From assembly GCA_964106915.2 (NCBI GenBank), contig OZ066920.1: 64,000 nt of DNA; one strand, written 5' to 3'. Position 1 is the first letter of the stretch; every line of letters begins with the position of its first letter. Made by a program: the position numbers and the translations under genes. Below, in pieces: positions 40,152 through 53,210 of the stretch. Origin of the DNA: Podarcis gaigeae. Its lineage: Eukaryota. The notes beneath the pieces are model-generated. The model did not search any database. It was not told where the DNA came from and saw only the letters and a program-made list of their open reading frames with translations.

Positions 40152-40706
40152 AAGGTGGGGTGATGGTGATGAGGTGGCTTTGGGGACTACTTTAGGGAGA
40201 TCATTTGTATAGAATTGGTGCTATCAATGGAAAAGCTTTGCTTCTCCCATTCTAGCAGGTCTCACTTTCTGGCTAGAGGGACCAGAGTCTCTTCAGGAGA
40301 TTCATATGGGAGCAAGCACTTTATAAATTTTACTGGTATAAATCATACACGGTTTAGTTGTTAAAGGTAATCAGGACTTTGAGTTAGTCTCAGGAATACA
40401 GCCAGTACAGCCATGTGGAGGGCACTCTCTTATACACAAATCTTAGAATTTTATTTAAAATGTTGCTTAACTACCTTTCATGAAAAGATTCCAGAGCAAT
40501 GTACGAAAGTGTGAATAAAACTCAAACAAGTTTGTTTAGTGGGCTGGTGTAGTTATCTAAATGGAAATCTGTCTTGGCTTTATTATTATTATTTTGGAAG
40601 CAAACGAAAAGAGCAAGTTCTGCAAGGAGGTAAAGTGTCAATTCTCAATGAAACACGCCCCCCCCACCATGAATGGGTCTTCTAGCATAGGGATCCTTGA
40701 ATGACT

Positions 40707-40707
<1 letters not shown>

Positions 40708-40758
<51 letters not shown>
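40708..40758. repeat. (AG)n microsatellite
   Basis: Direct reading; one interruption. Confidence 0.95.
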
Positions 40759-40761
<3 letters not shown>

Positions 40762-42525
40762 GAGTGGAACCTTACTTGCAGGGGTCAGAGATTAGCACCC
40801 AGTGGTTCTCCATTGCTTAACAGAACATCTGAATCTATATACTTCTTTATTCAGCAGGTGATAACCACTGTCAGTACTGACTGTGATGATTTGTTTGGCT
40901 CAGTGCAGGAGGCTTTTTCCATTTAGAGTTGGTGTATGCAAGTTTGTGTATAATTCCCCCCATAATACTGAATTAAATAATTAGGTAATGTAACTTATTC
41001 TTACTCAGTTCGCTTTTTGCCATAAACTTGTCTTGATCCCACAAGTATGAAGTGAAGAAGACTAAAACTCCAGAGCTGACAGGCAATCAAAGGAGAGAGA
41101 CTTGTTCTCGACACCTCTCATCTAGCTGAAACTTCCATTTTGATTCTCACAGTTCTAGGTGTCAGAAAAATTATACCCACAGTAAAAATGCTCAAATTGG
41201 CAACCCTTGTTAGAATTTGTTGCAGTCAGTTAGATGAGGTAACTGCTCAGGCAGGAAGGTGGATTGTACATATTCACCTCTGAATGTCTTTTTAAAGCTG
41301 CTGTACAGATTGATTTTGAAACAGCAGCTTATCTAAAATGAGAGGCACTGAGCTCAAGCTCACTTAGAAATCTCATGTTACGGGTGCCACGCACACGCAC
41401 ACCAACTTGAAAGCCCATTTCTTCTAATCTCAATTTGATAATTTTTGCCTACAGTTAATTCAATAGCAGGGAAAGAGCATTCTGTACATGTTTAAACCCC
41501 TTCTGTTCTTCTCAGTCTTGGCACAAATTAAGCCCTAGGTAAATTGATGGGATAACTCTACCAAACCACTTGCAGCAGTTCAATCAATCTTTCACTTATT
41601 GTATTTGACTAAAAGCCAGTTATCAACCACCTGTTTAGTAAAAGGTGCTAGAATGACCACATGTAATTAAAAGTGTGTCCATTAGCAAATCCAACAATGT
41701 GCAACCCATGGATGACAGTGATTGTGTGTTTGATCTTGTATGTTAACTCTCACACACATATGTGTTACTCCTTAGTAAAACTTAAATTACTCTTAACTTT
41801 GACACTTGCCATTAAAGTCTCTGCGCCGGAGGTTTTTTGCATGTGTTTATGGTGTTAAGTCAGTGGGACCACACCACCTTTCTTTTCTGTTATTTGCCTG
41901 TGGCCTTAAAACCCAACTTCGTTAATTTAACATTAAAAACATAAAACATAACAACTAAAACACAGCTGTATACATGCAGTGTAAAACACCGCAATAAAAT
42001 GGACAACAAGCATAAAATAAAAAGGAACATGAAAATAAAATAGTAAAATAAAACAAGAATAAAATCAGCAATAGAACAGCAGTAATAACTGTATTAATCA
42101 GTTTGGCTTTTTTTGGTAAGGATCACCATGTAGGTATGGAGAAGACCATGTTTCTGCCCTAACGTGTTATCTGGGAAACATACAGAACAGGCAGGGGGAC
42201 CAGATAACAGAAACATCATAATCCTTAGTAGCTTATACATTCCACTCTCCAACTCAATATCTCTTGACAGGACAACCCTTGCCCCAACGCTCACAATCTC
42301 AGGAGCTACGTCACAAAAGGAAGAGGGACTGGGAGTTAGCAAGGAAAAGCAAGGTGAGGCACTAATTATTAGTTATAGAATAGGAACATAGAACCCTGCC
42401 ACAGACTATTGGTGCATGCAGCTTAATACAGCTTACCACAGCAGTGGGGAACCTTTTTTGAGAAAGCTGTTTTAACTTTGTTGAAAACAGTCAGGGACTA
42501 CATTCCAGTAGTGAACAGAGACATA

Positions 42526-42880
42526 AAGGTAAAGGTAAAGGTACCCCTGCCCGTATGGGCCAGTCTTGACAGACTCTAGGGTTGTGCGCTCATCTCACTC
42601 TATAGGCCGGGAGCCAGCGCTGTCCGCAGACACTTCCGGGTCACGTGGCCAGCGGCGAACCGGCACCAGAGCAGCACACGGAAACGCCGTTTACCTTCCC
42701 GCTATAAAGCAGTACCTATTTATCTACTTGCACCCGGAGGTGCTTTCGAACTGCTAGGTTGGCATGCGCTGGGACCGAACGACAGGAGCGCACCCCGCCG
42801 CGGGGATTCGAACTGCTGACCATGCGATCAGCAAGTCCTAGGCGCTGAGGTTTTACCTACAGCGCCACCCGCATCCCACG
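42526..42880 (-). mobile_element. Sauria SINE (Squam1), young CpG-rich copy with 13-bp TSD
   Basis: (AAAGGT)n tail at 42526; gtacctatttatctacttgcac; B-box gggattcgaac; TSD gaacagagacata at 42513-42525 and 42881-42893. Confidence 0.95.
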
Positions 42881-42899
42881 GAACAGAGACATACCCATA

Positions 42900-43255
42900 C
42901 AGTGGTGCCCCGCAAGACGAACGCCTCACAAGACGAAAAACCCGCTAGACGAAAGGGTTTTCCGTTTTGGAGGTGCTTCGCAAAACGAAATCCCCTATGG
43001 GGTTGCTTCGCAAGACGAAAAAAATCTTGCATCCCCCCGCGGGTTTTTTTCGCTTTTTTCGCCCTTTTATTAAGCCGCTAAGCCGCTTATCAGCTGTTCT
43101 GCTGATAAGCCGCTTAACAGCTGATCGCTGGAAGCCGCTTGACAGCTGTAGCGCTAATCTGCTAAGCTGTCAATGGGCTTGCTTCGCAAGACGAAAAAAC
43201 CGCTATACGAAGAGCCTCACGGAACGGATTAATTTCGTCTTGCGAGGCACCACTG
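42900..43255. mobile_element. Tc1/mariner (Tigger-like) MITE, second family, CpG-rich
   Basis: TIRs CAGTGGTGCCCCGCAAGACGAA / TTCGTCTTGCGAGGCACCACTG; TA TSD (42898-42899, 43256-43257). Confidence 0.92.
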
Positions 43256-43335
43256 TACTCAATTTCTCATGGAAACAGAGCCATATAATCAATTGTTTTA
43301 ACTCCCTGCATGTTTCAGCTTTCATTTTCTGACAT

Positions 43336-43390
43336 CATCTTCTTCTTCGTCTTCCTCTTCTTCTTTTTCTGCCTCCTCCTCCTCCTCCTC
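43336..43390. repeat. (CTT)/(CCT) low-complexity tract
   Basis: Direct reading. Confidence 0.8.
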
Positions 43391-45769
43391 ACAAAGCTTG
43401 CAATGGCTGCTGAGTCTGTTTAGGGTTTAGGGCATTTTCTCCATCATGGCAGGCTACTAATTCCAACCACAACACATATAAATGTGTCCTCTGAAGAAAT
43501 GGTAATCTTTTAAAATTTCGTATATATGCTACCTAGCTCCTCAGCGTAACTGACAAAATTAGATCTAACCAGGGATCTCTAGCCTGGCAGGTACCAAAAA
43601 CAAAAACAAAAAAACAAAAAAACCCTGTCACCCAGGCAGGTTATTTAGTTATTCCCTGCGCTGTTTAATGGTGTGTTTTTGTGTTTGTGATAAACAAGCA
43701 TGATACGATTATATCAGATCATTCGTCAAACCCAAGCCCTTTATCTGACTCTTTCCTTTTTATTGGTTCATATTATGGTGGATAGTTCTTCTTTTAAATA
43801 ATGGTTTTATTTTTGTAGATATCATGAAAAAAGCTACTGCCATTTGTCAGTGTATTTTATAAATCATAGGTTAGGACACTTACATTCTCCATAGTTTTTC
43901 TTGAATCTTGCATGCATAGCTGTATTTCTGGTTTTATCTGGAGTTAAAACTACAGATAACAATGTATGCTTTAGTCGTAGGTGAAATCTGTACTTTGTCA
44001 CATTATGTATGATCTGCTTGTGTATGCATGTGTGTGTGTACTCCCTCAATGATAGCTGCCACCATTGCTCTATTCATTGGCTTTTTTATTTTTATTTATA
44101 GAAGTATTTATATGCCGCCTATTACAGTCTGTCTCAAGGCAGTATGAAATTTCAGTAATATAAATAACATACAGTGGAGAACCCCAGAGGCACCGCATTA
44201 CTGCCAATAATCTGGTTTAGAGGCTGCCAGTATGTGGATGACAGTAGCCAGGCTATCCCAGTCCAGAAATGGGCACAGTTGAAGCTGGTAGAAGGCTCTC
44301 CTAGCCACCAGAGCCACTTAGGCTTCCAAGGACAAAGACGAATCAAGAACAACTCTAGAACTGTTTACCTGCTGCTTTAGAGATAGGACAACCCACCTAC
44401 AACAGACATATTACCCAAATCACAGACCTGGGGACCACCCACCCATAGCACCGCTGTCTTGTCAGGATTCAATTTCAGTTTGGCCCTCATCCAGCCCATT
44501 ACTGCATCCACTGGAGACACCGTTTTAGGATGCACATGACCTCATCTGAATCAGATGTACAGAAAAATACAACTGACACTGTGTTATTGACCAGCCTGTC
44601 AATCTCCTAATGACCAGTGGTGGCTGCTGCCCATTGGGACCAACAGTAGGTGATGCTAGACCAAATGACAGGCAGAGCCAACTAATTCTAGTTTTATACC
44701 CTGCGTCCTCCCTGCAGAGTACTACATTGGTGGACCCCAGACCAAATTAGCTCCCAAACCAGACCTGAATCTAAATTAAGTCTAGAAAATCCATTTTTTC
44801 CTAAATGGGCTGCTGCCATCCTCTCAAGCATCTTGTCCAGGAGAAGTATTTGTGACCGAACAGTAGTTACCCAAAAACTCAGGATCCAGGATTGGTTTTA
44901 AAGCAGAGACTGCTCTTCATGCAGTCACATGTTCACCACACCCTGGAACACGCCCACCCCTGAAGAGTGGCTGACAAGTCGTCAGCTGAACAGATGCAAG
45001 CACCTTGCTTACATGCTTGGGCCCTCAAAACTGAAAATGATCCTGCAAGATCTGAACAGGTGGTGCACTGGATTCCGCTTCAGGACCTGTCACAACAATA
45101 GCATTCAAGTCACGTTACGTTATTATGGGAAAGTGAGTCAAAAAGAGAAATGTGCAGAATGGATCTTAACTTCTTAGTATTACTGTTATTTTGTTTGGCT
45201 GTAACATCATGAAGTATTTTTTTACATATATACTAAGAAAAGTGCCGAATACATTACCATCTTAATTTACCTTCACAATTAACTGCAAAGTGGTTAATTT
45301 GAGTGTCTTGCTGCAGGTCACTTGGCAAGCATTGTGGGAAAGCTGTGATTTTGAATCTGGGATTTTCTATTCAGACCTTAATATCTTTTCCGTAGCAGCA
45401 CAACAGCTTTCTTACTAATAGGATGAGGACAAATCATTTGCTCAGTTGTGGAATACAGAGATGATTGGGGTGGTTGACACAATTGCGTGTAAGTGTCTTT
45501 TGTTTCGACTGGCAGATTTTAGAAAGCTTCAGGATATCCCTTGGAGCTAAAAGCAATAAAGCAGAGGGAGAGAAAGCTTGCATGCAGATAGGGGGAAAAC
45601 TACCAACCGAGGTAATCAAACACTGGTACATGCTCAAATTCAAGCATACGATGAAGAAAATGTACTTCTCCACCTCCATTGCGTCCTTGGTTTGCCATCT
45701 AACTGAGCTGTTCAGGTGGCTAAAGATTGATTACATATTGCCCCTAAGGAGGTGGTAAATCCTGTCCAG

Positions 45770-46330
45770 GAGTTTGAGGCTTCTTGTGGATCAATTTCTG
45801 TCAGCAGAGACATATGTTGCCTCTGTGGTACAGACGGCCTTCCTACCAGCTTAAGCCAGTGGCCTCAATATGACCCTATCTCAACAGGGCCAACTTGGCT
45901 ACAGTAATCTGTGCCCTGGGAAACTCAGGGTTAGACCACGGCAATGCACTTTATGTGGGGCTGCCTTTGAAAACAGCCCAGAAGTTTCAGTTAGTGCATA
46001 AGGTGGTTGCCTGGCTGTTGACAAGCTCAAGGCAAAGAGATCATATAGCATCATTTCTGCTGTCTGTATGCTTATGAGCCCAATTCAAAGTAATGGTTTG
46101 ACCTATGAAGTTGTTTACGGATGCCATCAGGACAGAAATTCACCTGGAATTTCTGTTGTGATATGAACCTACTTGGACACTTTGGTCTTCATCTGAGGCC
46201 CTTTTCCATGTCCCTCATTTGAGGGAGGTTCAGAGGATGACGGTAAGGAAGAGGTCCTTTTCAGTTGTGGTTTGCTCTTTGTGGGTGCTCTTCCAAGTGA
46301 GGTCTGTTTGACACCTTCACTGAGTAAATG
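45770..46330 (+). mobile_element. Old L2 LINE remnant
   Basis: ORF 45895-46077 LDHGNALYVGLPLKTAQKFQLV..VAWLLT...DHI is homologous to the L2 at 14146; many stops and indels. Confidence 0.8.
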
Positions 46331-46351
46331 GCAGCTGTAGGACTAATTATA

Positions 46352-46500
46352 GTATTATATATTTATTTCGTTATATTTACATCCCACATTTCTTCTTCAT
46401 AAAACCCAAGACAGCATACATGTGGTTCCCAGTTGTGTGGTCACCCTTCTAGACAATGGTCAGTCCAAGCCCTGCTCAGCTTCTTCAAAGTTGGCTTCAG
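46352..46500 (-). mobile_element. Possible 5S rRNA-derived SINE (SINE3) remnant with L2-like tail
   Basis: ggtcacccttctagac..tggtcagtccaagccctgctcagcttc resembles antisense 5S rRNA (ggtctcccatccaagtactaaccaggcccgaccctgcttagcttc); AT-rich tail. Confidence 0.35.
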
Positions 46501-49500
46501 ATTATGCTCTGGAACTAATTAGACACAATGTACAAGTCTCCCATCTCATGGGATCACTTGTACTAGCTTATCTGTCTTCATCTAAAACCTTTTCAGGATG
46601 TGGTATTTTAGACTTCCCTTAAACTTGAGTCTTAGGGTATGTCTGCATCGTGGTGTTAATGGTCAGCACAGCTGAAAAATTACATTCATGGTTAATATTT
46701 GCAAATGACTGTGAGACTGAACTTACACCAATTTATTACAAAGTCAATAATCAGCTCTGAAATGAAAAAGGTTAGTAATTATTAGATTTTCAGAGAAAAG
46801 TACTAATGTTATGACCTATCTAATATCATATAGTTTCAAAAATGCCATAAAGTGATTTTTAAAAAAAAAAACCTTTTATTTATAGTCAGTAAATGGCTTA
46901 TTCGCTCATCTCACTACTTATACTTCTATGAACTGTTAATTAATACTTTTGCAGTAATTATAGAATATTTTAAATATACATTATTCTTCTGAATTTTAAG
47001 AGGCTAGAATATTTTTTTTTAAAAAATTAATTTATAAGGATAATAGAACTGACCTTCAGTTTCATAAATTGTATAATAAAGAGGTGTTTTTTTATTTAAA
47101 ATCTTTATATTATGATAGCTTTTAATAAGGAGAAGAACCTTATGGATTTTTATACTTCTTCCTGTTTTAAATCGCGTCTCAGTGGTATAAAAGAAGATTC
47201 TGTTCTCTGCCGTGAGGAGAATGCTTGTCCTTGAAAAGTGATACGAGGATCTTGTGTCTTCTTACTATGTTGAGAAAAATTCCTTTAGCTCCATGTAGTA
47301 CTGTTTTGACTAAGTAGCACATTAACACGTAGCCAGCCTGATGCTTGTGGGTAGAGCTTTCTATACCAAACCCAGCTGCTGATTATGTTGGGCATACTGA
47401 CATCCACTATTCCTGTTCATCCATAAGACCCTTAAGCTGGATCTACCTGAAGCGCCAAACTATACTCATGTGACATTCATTATATGCTTTCTTGCATCTT
47501 TAGGTAGTTAAAAAGAAAAGAATGCCAGTTGTATTGGCTGGAGTGACTTAAAATTAATGGGATCAGAGCAGCCTTGGAAGTGGGGATTTTACCCTTTCTT
47601 CCCCTGCAGAAATTCTGTATTCTGAAGCTCATATTTGATTTGGTACAAATATATTGTGCCAGTGGAGATCTGCTTTCCCCTCCTTTGCAAACCAGAAGAG
47701 GGGAGATCTACAGGAATGCAGCAAGGGAGGAAAGGGTTAAATTCCATCTCTATATCTCACCTTCTCTGTTATAATTATACGTTCCCCTGTGTAATTTGCA
47801 TTTTTTATAACCTTCATATAGATCTAACAGAGCGTTTAATGTTACATGTAGTAGTTTTGCCGTTAAGTTGGTTGAACGTTGGTTCTATTGACATTATCAG
47901 AAGTTAGTCCAAGTTAAATTCCGTTGATTCATTAGAAACCCAGTGCAATGGGCTTGGTCTGGATAGAAGCCTCTCTGATATTGCACTCTGGGAACCTGGA
48001 TGACCTTGTGCAAAGGGGCCATCCTGGCTGGCCAAAAGAGTTAGCCTATGATCTGGCACACTTTGGGTTTTACATAGCAGCATCAAGTTTCTAATTGTTG
48101 CTACTCCAGACCTGAGGCATGTGGACACTGCAACAGGAAGTGTCTGCATTGCAAGGAGTGTTTTCTGAGCTGCATAGCTGCAATGTGAAGGGTGGGGGAA
48201 GCGTGATAGGGAGGCAGGTTAGGGTGGTTTTTCTTATTAGTGCACATTGAAAGTCCACAAAAAAGATGAAATAGCATCTCACGAGCACAAACAGGGTTTT
48301 TTTTTTTGGGAGGGACAGATCTGCTTAAAGGGACAAAGAAAGCTGTGGTGGTTTTAAATACATAAAACCTGGCTGGTTTTTCCAGTTCTCCTTTACTTAC
48401 ACACTCATCTGCTGAAAGATTTTAAATCGGTAACAGATTGAGAGGATAATTTTTTAAAATCTAAATTTGCCATCTGAGTGGGGATTGTCTTAAACCTCTG
48501 ACACCTCTCCCCACCCTGCCAGTCCTGCTATTTAAAAATAAGCAAGAGGTGCTAATGAATTTCAAGGAACTTTCTTGTACTTTTGAAACAGTTCAAACCG
48601 AATCCACTATAACAATATTCAATCTTTTGATAAGCATTCACAGTGTATTGATTCAGACATGTAGATTTCTTCAATTTGGCTTGTTCCACAGATGTCTTCC
48701 GTTGATCTCCTAAAACTGTCCTTCTGGAAATAAACGGGGGGTCTTGGCAATGCTATTAGTTAAACCTCTGACAAATTTGGCTTTAAAATGAATATTCAAT
48801 ATTGAGTAATGGAACAGCACTGCTCTTACTATAAATATATCACCTTGTTCATCTAAGCTAACTACATATTAATCATTTGCACCACTGCCAGGTTACTGGT
48901 CCAGAACAACGCTTATTTATTCCTCAGGCAATTCTCTAACTAATAAATAAATTCTGGTGTTGGTGAAGGAAAGAAAAATATAAAAAGGAAACCTTTTATC
49001 TGTTCCATACCACTTTTGTGAATATCAGTCATCAGCAAAATGGATGTTAAATTTGCTGTTTCTTTTCGTTCCCACTTATTTGATGCTTCCCTAAAAACTG
49101 TATGTTAGGTGATAAATTGCATCATGGACTATTACCATGCCGTGTGAGTGCAATCCTGATTTCTGATATACTACAATAATTAAAAACAATTGTTTGTTTA
49201 CATCCATATGACAACAAACAGGTTACTCACATACTTATTGACCCAATTAGTCAAATTTTACATTGTTGCATACTGCTAATATTTTACTCCTTTTAAAATG
49301 AGAGGTGCTTATTACCTTTTCTTGGATTTCACAGTATTACACTTCCACTTCAGTGGCTATTCTTGCTTAGGTGCACTTTCAAAAATGGTTTCAGTCTCTT
49401 TAGACGATGTGCTAAAACATCTGGTAGACCAGTAAGACAAAATTAACTAAAACACTCTGTAAGAAGGCTACGCCATGAGTGCCTGCTTTGAACTACGAAC

Positions 49501-50011
49501 ATGTCTGTTCTACCAAGGGAGTGGTTGGTGATAGTCTTCAGAAACCTCTGACAGAATCCATGAAGAATCCAACTCGTGGTGCACTTGTGGAGAAGACAAG
49601 GCATGTGGCATGAAACCCATTTGTAGCTTTTGAACTGGCCCTTTTTGTTACAGTAAACTTGGTTCATTTCCATTGTCCTATGAGGAAAAAAGATCGCCAT
49701 TTTAATAAATTTAATTTTATCCCATTCTGTCACATTGTGTACCAATAGCATCAGGTAGGTATCTGATAAACAGTTTTGGTCACTTAATTTTGTGGAGGAA
49801 GATCTGATGATAATTCCATATACCCCTGTGGCAAAACAGGCCAGTTCCCAAAAAATTCTTTTCCTTTAGAAGGGAGGCAGGTTCCACTTTTTTCTTTTTT
49901 GACATTTGCTTAAAGATCTTCTCCCAAGCCTTCCTTTTTTATTTCTGCAGTTTGCAATTCCTGGTGGTTTTCATGTTTTAACACTGTGTTGTTATTTGTA
50001 TTATGTTTTAC

Positions 50012-50365
50012 ATAGGGACAGCCTGGCCTGTTTCACAGCCTGAAATGAAACAGGAAGGTGCTTCCCCGCCTTCGCCTCGCTTACTGGAGTTGTGCGGCTG
50101 TAGCTTCCGGCGAGATCTCGCAAGAAGTCCACAAGATCTCGTCGGAAGCCGCCGCCATTTCTCCCTGCTTCTCTGGTGGTGGCAACAACAGTTGCAGGGA
50201 GCAGATGGGGTGCTCCCCCCACCATGAGACAAGGGGGGAGCAGTGGCAGTGGTGAGATCTTGCAAGAGGTTAGCGGAAGTTGCTGCCACTTCTCCCCATT
50301 TATCTGGCAGTGGTGGGTGGGGCGCCTCACCTGTAATAGTGCCACCCTCACAGGATTCCACTGCC
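50012..50365. repeat. GC/CpG-rich unclassified interspersed repeat, probably DNA-transposon derived
   Basis: Sharp GC island in AT-rich surroundings; three related palindromic AGATCT-centred motifs (gcgagatctcgc, caagatctcg, gtgagatcttgc). Confidence 0.4.
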
Positions 50366-51696
50366 TACATCTACCTCGGCCTTGTAGTATATTCTATTTC
50401 TATGCACCACTCACATATTTTTTGAATGCAGAGTGGTTTATAAATTCTGATATAAATAAATAAATTTCCTCAGTTAAATCCGAAACTTATTGATTTGTTT
50501 GTGTTTTTAATTCTGCTCATGTACAAATTGAAGGACACTCCTACTATCATATTATGCATACACTTTGGTATGTGGTGAACAAGATAAGGCCATTCCTGGT
50601 GCCTTAAGGCCAGAATATCCCCTGATAAAATGGGGCAACTCTTTGGTGCAAGATTAGCTGCAGGTCTCTAATTGCCACAGTAGTATTTCATGTGGGAAGC
50701 CAGCATGAAGTGTGTGATAATGAGGGGAAGAACTATAGACCCTTTTTACTTGTGTTGCCCCTTCATGTGAGGAAAAGGGTTTTAGACATCCAAATATGAT
50801 GGGATTGTATTCTTAGGTTTATCATACTTCATCTTAAAAAAACGGGGTTTTTTATCATTTGCAGACCATGTTATCTTATCGCATTTGCTATCTTGCTCTT
50901 GCCATTTTTTTTAAAGAATTGCATAATCTTCTGTACGTTCTGTAATGGAAATAGATCCGATAATTTAGGCTGTGAACCTGCGCTGATAAGGTCAACACAA
51001 GTTCAGTGAGATATAGCAAGCAAATGTGTGTATGTTAACCAGATGATACGGTGAAACCTTCGGGCCACAAGCCTCAGCTACTTACATGCAAGTAATATCA
51101 TTCCATGATATTGTGACCGGAAAGTGACGCCACCATCCATAAACGAGTTACTTTGCTTTTCTTACCTGAGAATCTTTTCTACAGTGTTTTGAGTATTTTC
51201 CTCACATTTTAATTATTAAAAATGCTACATGCAATGTTGAAATTGCAGTTATTATTTTCCAAATGTATACTAAAATGATTGTCTTCATAGTGGATATCAC
51301 AGAGAAATATTGGCTACAATGGCAATGTCTTGCCTAAGCCTTTTTACACAAACATATTTAGCAAGTGACTAAAATCTGAGCAGAAAGCTCATCTTGAAAG
51401 CCTCCTTAATTAAAAATTAAACGATGAATTAAAACTTAAATTATGCAAAACTAATGAGCTACATTATGAAAACCAACAATTAGTGCACTACAATATATGC
51501 AAGAGAAGTGCTAACATTTTTGGACGTTTTTTTTATTATTATTTTAAACTCCATTGCACGCTGTTCTTGGAAATCCTTCATCCTAAAGCTCCTTTGTATA
51601 TCTGAATTAAGATATAAATCAGTGATTTAAGATTTGCAATGTTTACTAAACGCATCAAAGATTTAAAACATGGGTAATAAAAATGAATCTTTTTGA

Positions 51697-51697
51697 A

Positions 51698-51745
<48 letters not shown>

Positions 51746-51747
51746 AA
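51697..51747. repeat. (AAAG)n microsatellite
   Basis: Direct reading. Confidence 0.95.
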
Positions 51748-52343
51748 TGGAGTGGGGTGGGGAATAAAGATCCAATTGGATTTCAATTAAAGAAACATCA
51801 CATTTGTGTGTGTGTGGTTCAGATCAGGTCATCATGTCACCTAGCACAAATCAATAGACTAAGAATGGGCTCATTGACAAAAGTTGTAATTTAACTTACT
51901 GCTCTAATTCTCTCAAACAGAGATTTCTATACTTGCTGATATAGGAGCTCACTAATTGCAGATACAGAGATTCTGAGCAATGAATTTATATATTCATGAG
52001 TTTTCTAGGGATCATCAAAGGGGCACTATTAAATTGTACATCCATCTTGAAGCTCCTCTGCAAATATAGTGTACTAAGTATTGAGCTTCTGGTGGTGGAT
52101 TTTCAAATCTGATTAGCCTAAGCGGATATTAGAAGACAGTATTCTGGCTACCTCTGTATCCTGTTGGCCATTTCTTCTTATCCTCAAGTAGAAATGCTTT
52201 CAGAACTTGATGTTTGAGCAACTAAATTAAGCCTACAACCTTGTTTTGGGTTTGCTTTGGCCACTTAGTCTAGCAGATAATGTCTGCTACTGGATTAAAG
52301 AAATGTGACACTTCAATTCAGTGTTCTATGTCCAGACTTAGAA

Positions 52344-52581
52344 GGGTTGGATCCAGATTCGCCATTCTGTGAATGGAAGGGCTCCTTTCATTTACAGAAG
52401 GCAATGAGATCCTGCAGAGGCTCTCCACTTGGGGAAAGGAGTTGATCTTTGCTTATTTCTCCTCATGTCTGGTGCAGTAGAACAGCTATCCACAAAGAAA
52501 GGACAGAAAGAGGAATAGGCAAAATAGACTTACTCCCTTTTCTCTTCTCTGGTCTTCTCTGACCACAAGTCTAGATCCAGC
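52344..52581. mobile_element. Possible palindromic MITE with GGxTGGATCCA ends
   Basis: gggttggatccaga ... tctagatccagc imperfect terminal inverted repeat; similar ends near 4175 and 24930. Confidence 0.35.
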
Positions 52582-52878
52582 ACAGACTGACCACAATGAA
52601 GGCTCTTATTGCTGCTTTCTTGACAAAACAGATAGATTGAGGACGGGCAGTGAATTTATCAGGCACATTTCAATAATTTCAAGTGATGATTGAGATATTA
52701 AATCTATCAGAAAAGACAAGTATGATGTGCTGACATTTCAAATAATATGTGGAGTTGGTAGATGGGCATTGTGCAGCATAACTCAGATCAGCTGCTTAGC
52801 TCATAAATAGAATGCTCCAAGATGCTGGTACATCTTGTACATCTTAGTGAAGAAGAGGAAAAAGTTTACCTTGAGGTA

Positions 52879-53210
52879 CACTGAGCCTCTTGGGACTTGC
52901 CTATGGGAGGGTCGGCAGTTTGAATTCGTTCGACAGGGTGAGCCTTGGTTGCTCTATCCCAGCTCCTACCAACCTAGCAATTTGAAAGCATGCCAGTGCA
53001 AGTAGATAAATAGGTACCACTGTGGCAGGAAGGTAAATGGCATTTCTGTGCGCTCTGGCACTCGTCACAATGTCCCACTGCACCAGAAGCGGTTTAGTCA
53101 TGCCGACCACAAGACCCAGAAAGCTGTCTGTGGACAAATGCTGGCTCCCTTGGCCTGAAGTGAGATGAGCGCCACACCCCATAGTCGCCTTTGACTGGAC
53201 TTAACCTTTT
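52879..53210 (+). mobile_element. Sauria SINE (Squam1), older copy
   Basis: cactgagcctcttggg.cttgcc; gtgcaagtagataaataggtacc; gagatgagcgcc; gactggacttaacc. Confidence 0.9.

Noticed and set aside
42265-42290. L1-like RQGCPLS motif on the minus strand
   Set aside because: Needs a frameshift, and the surrounding translation shows no RT similarity
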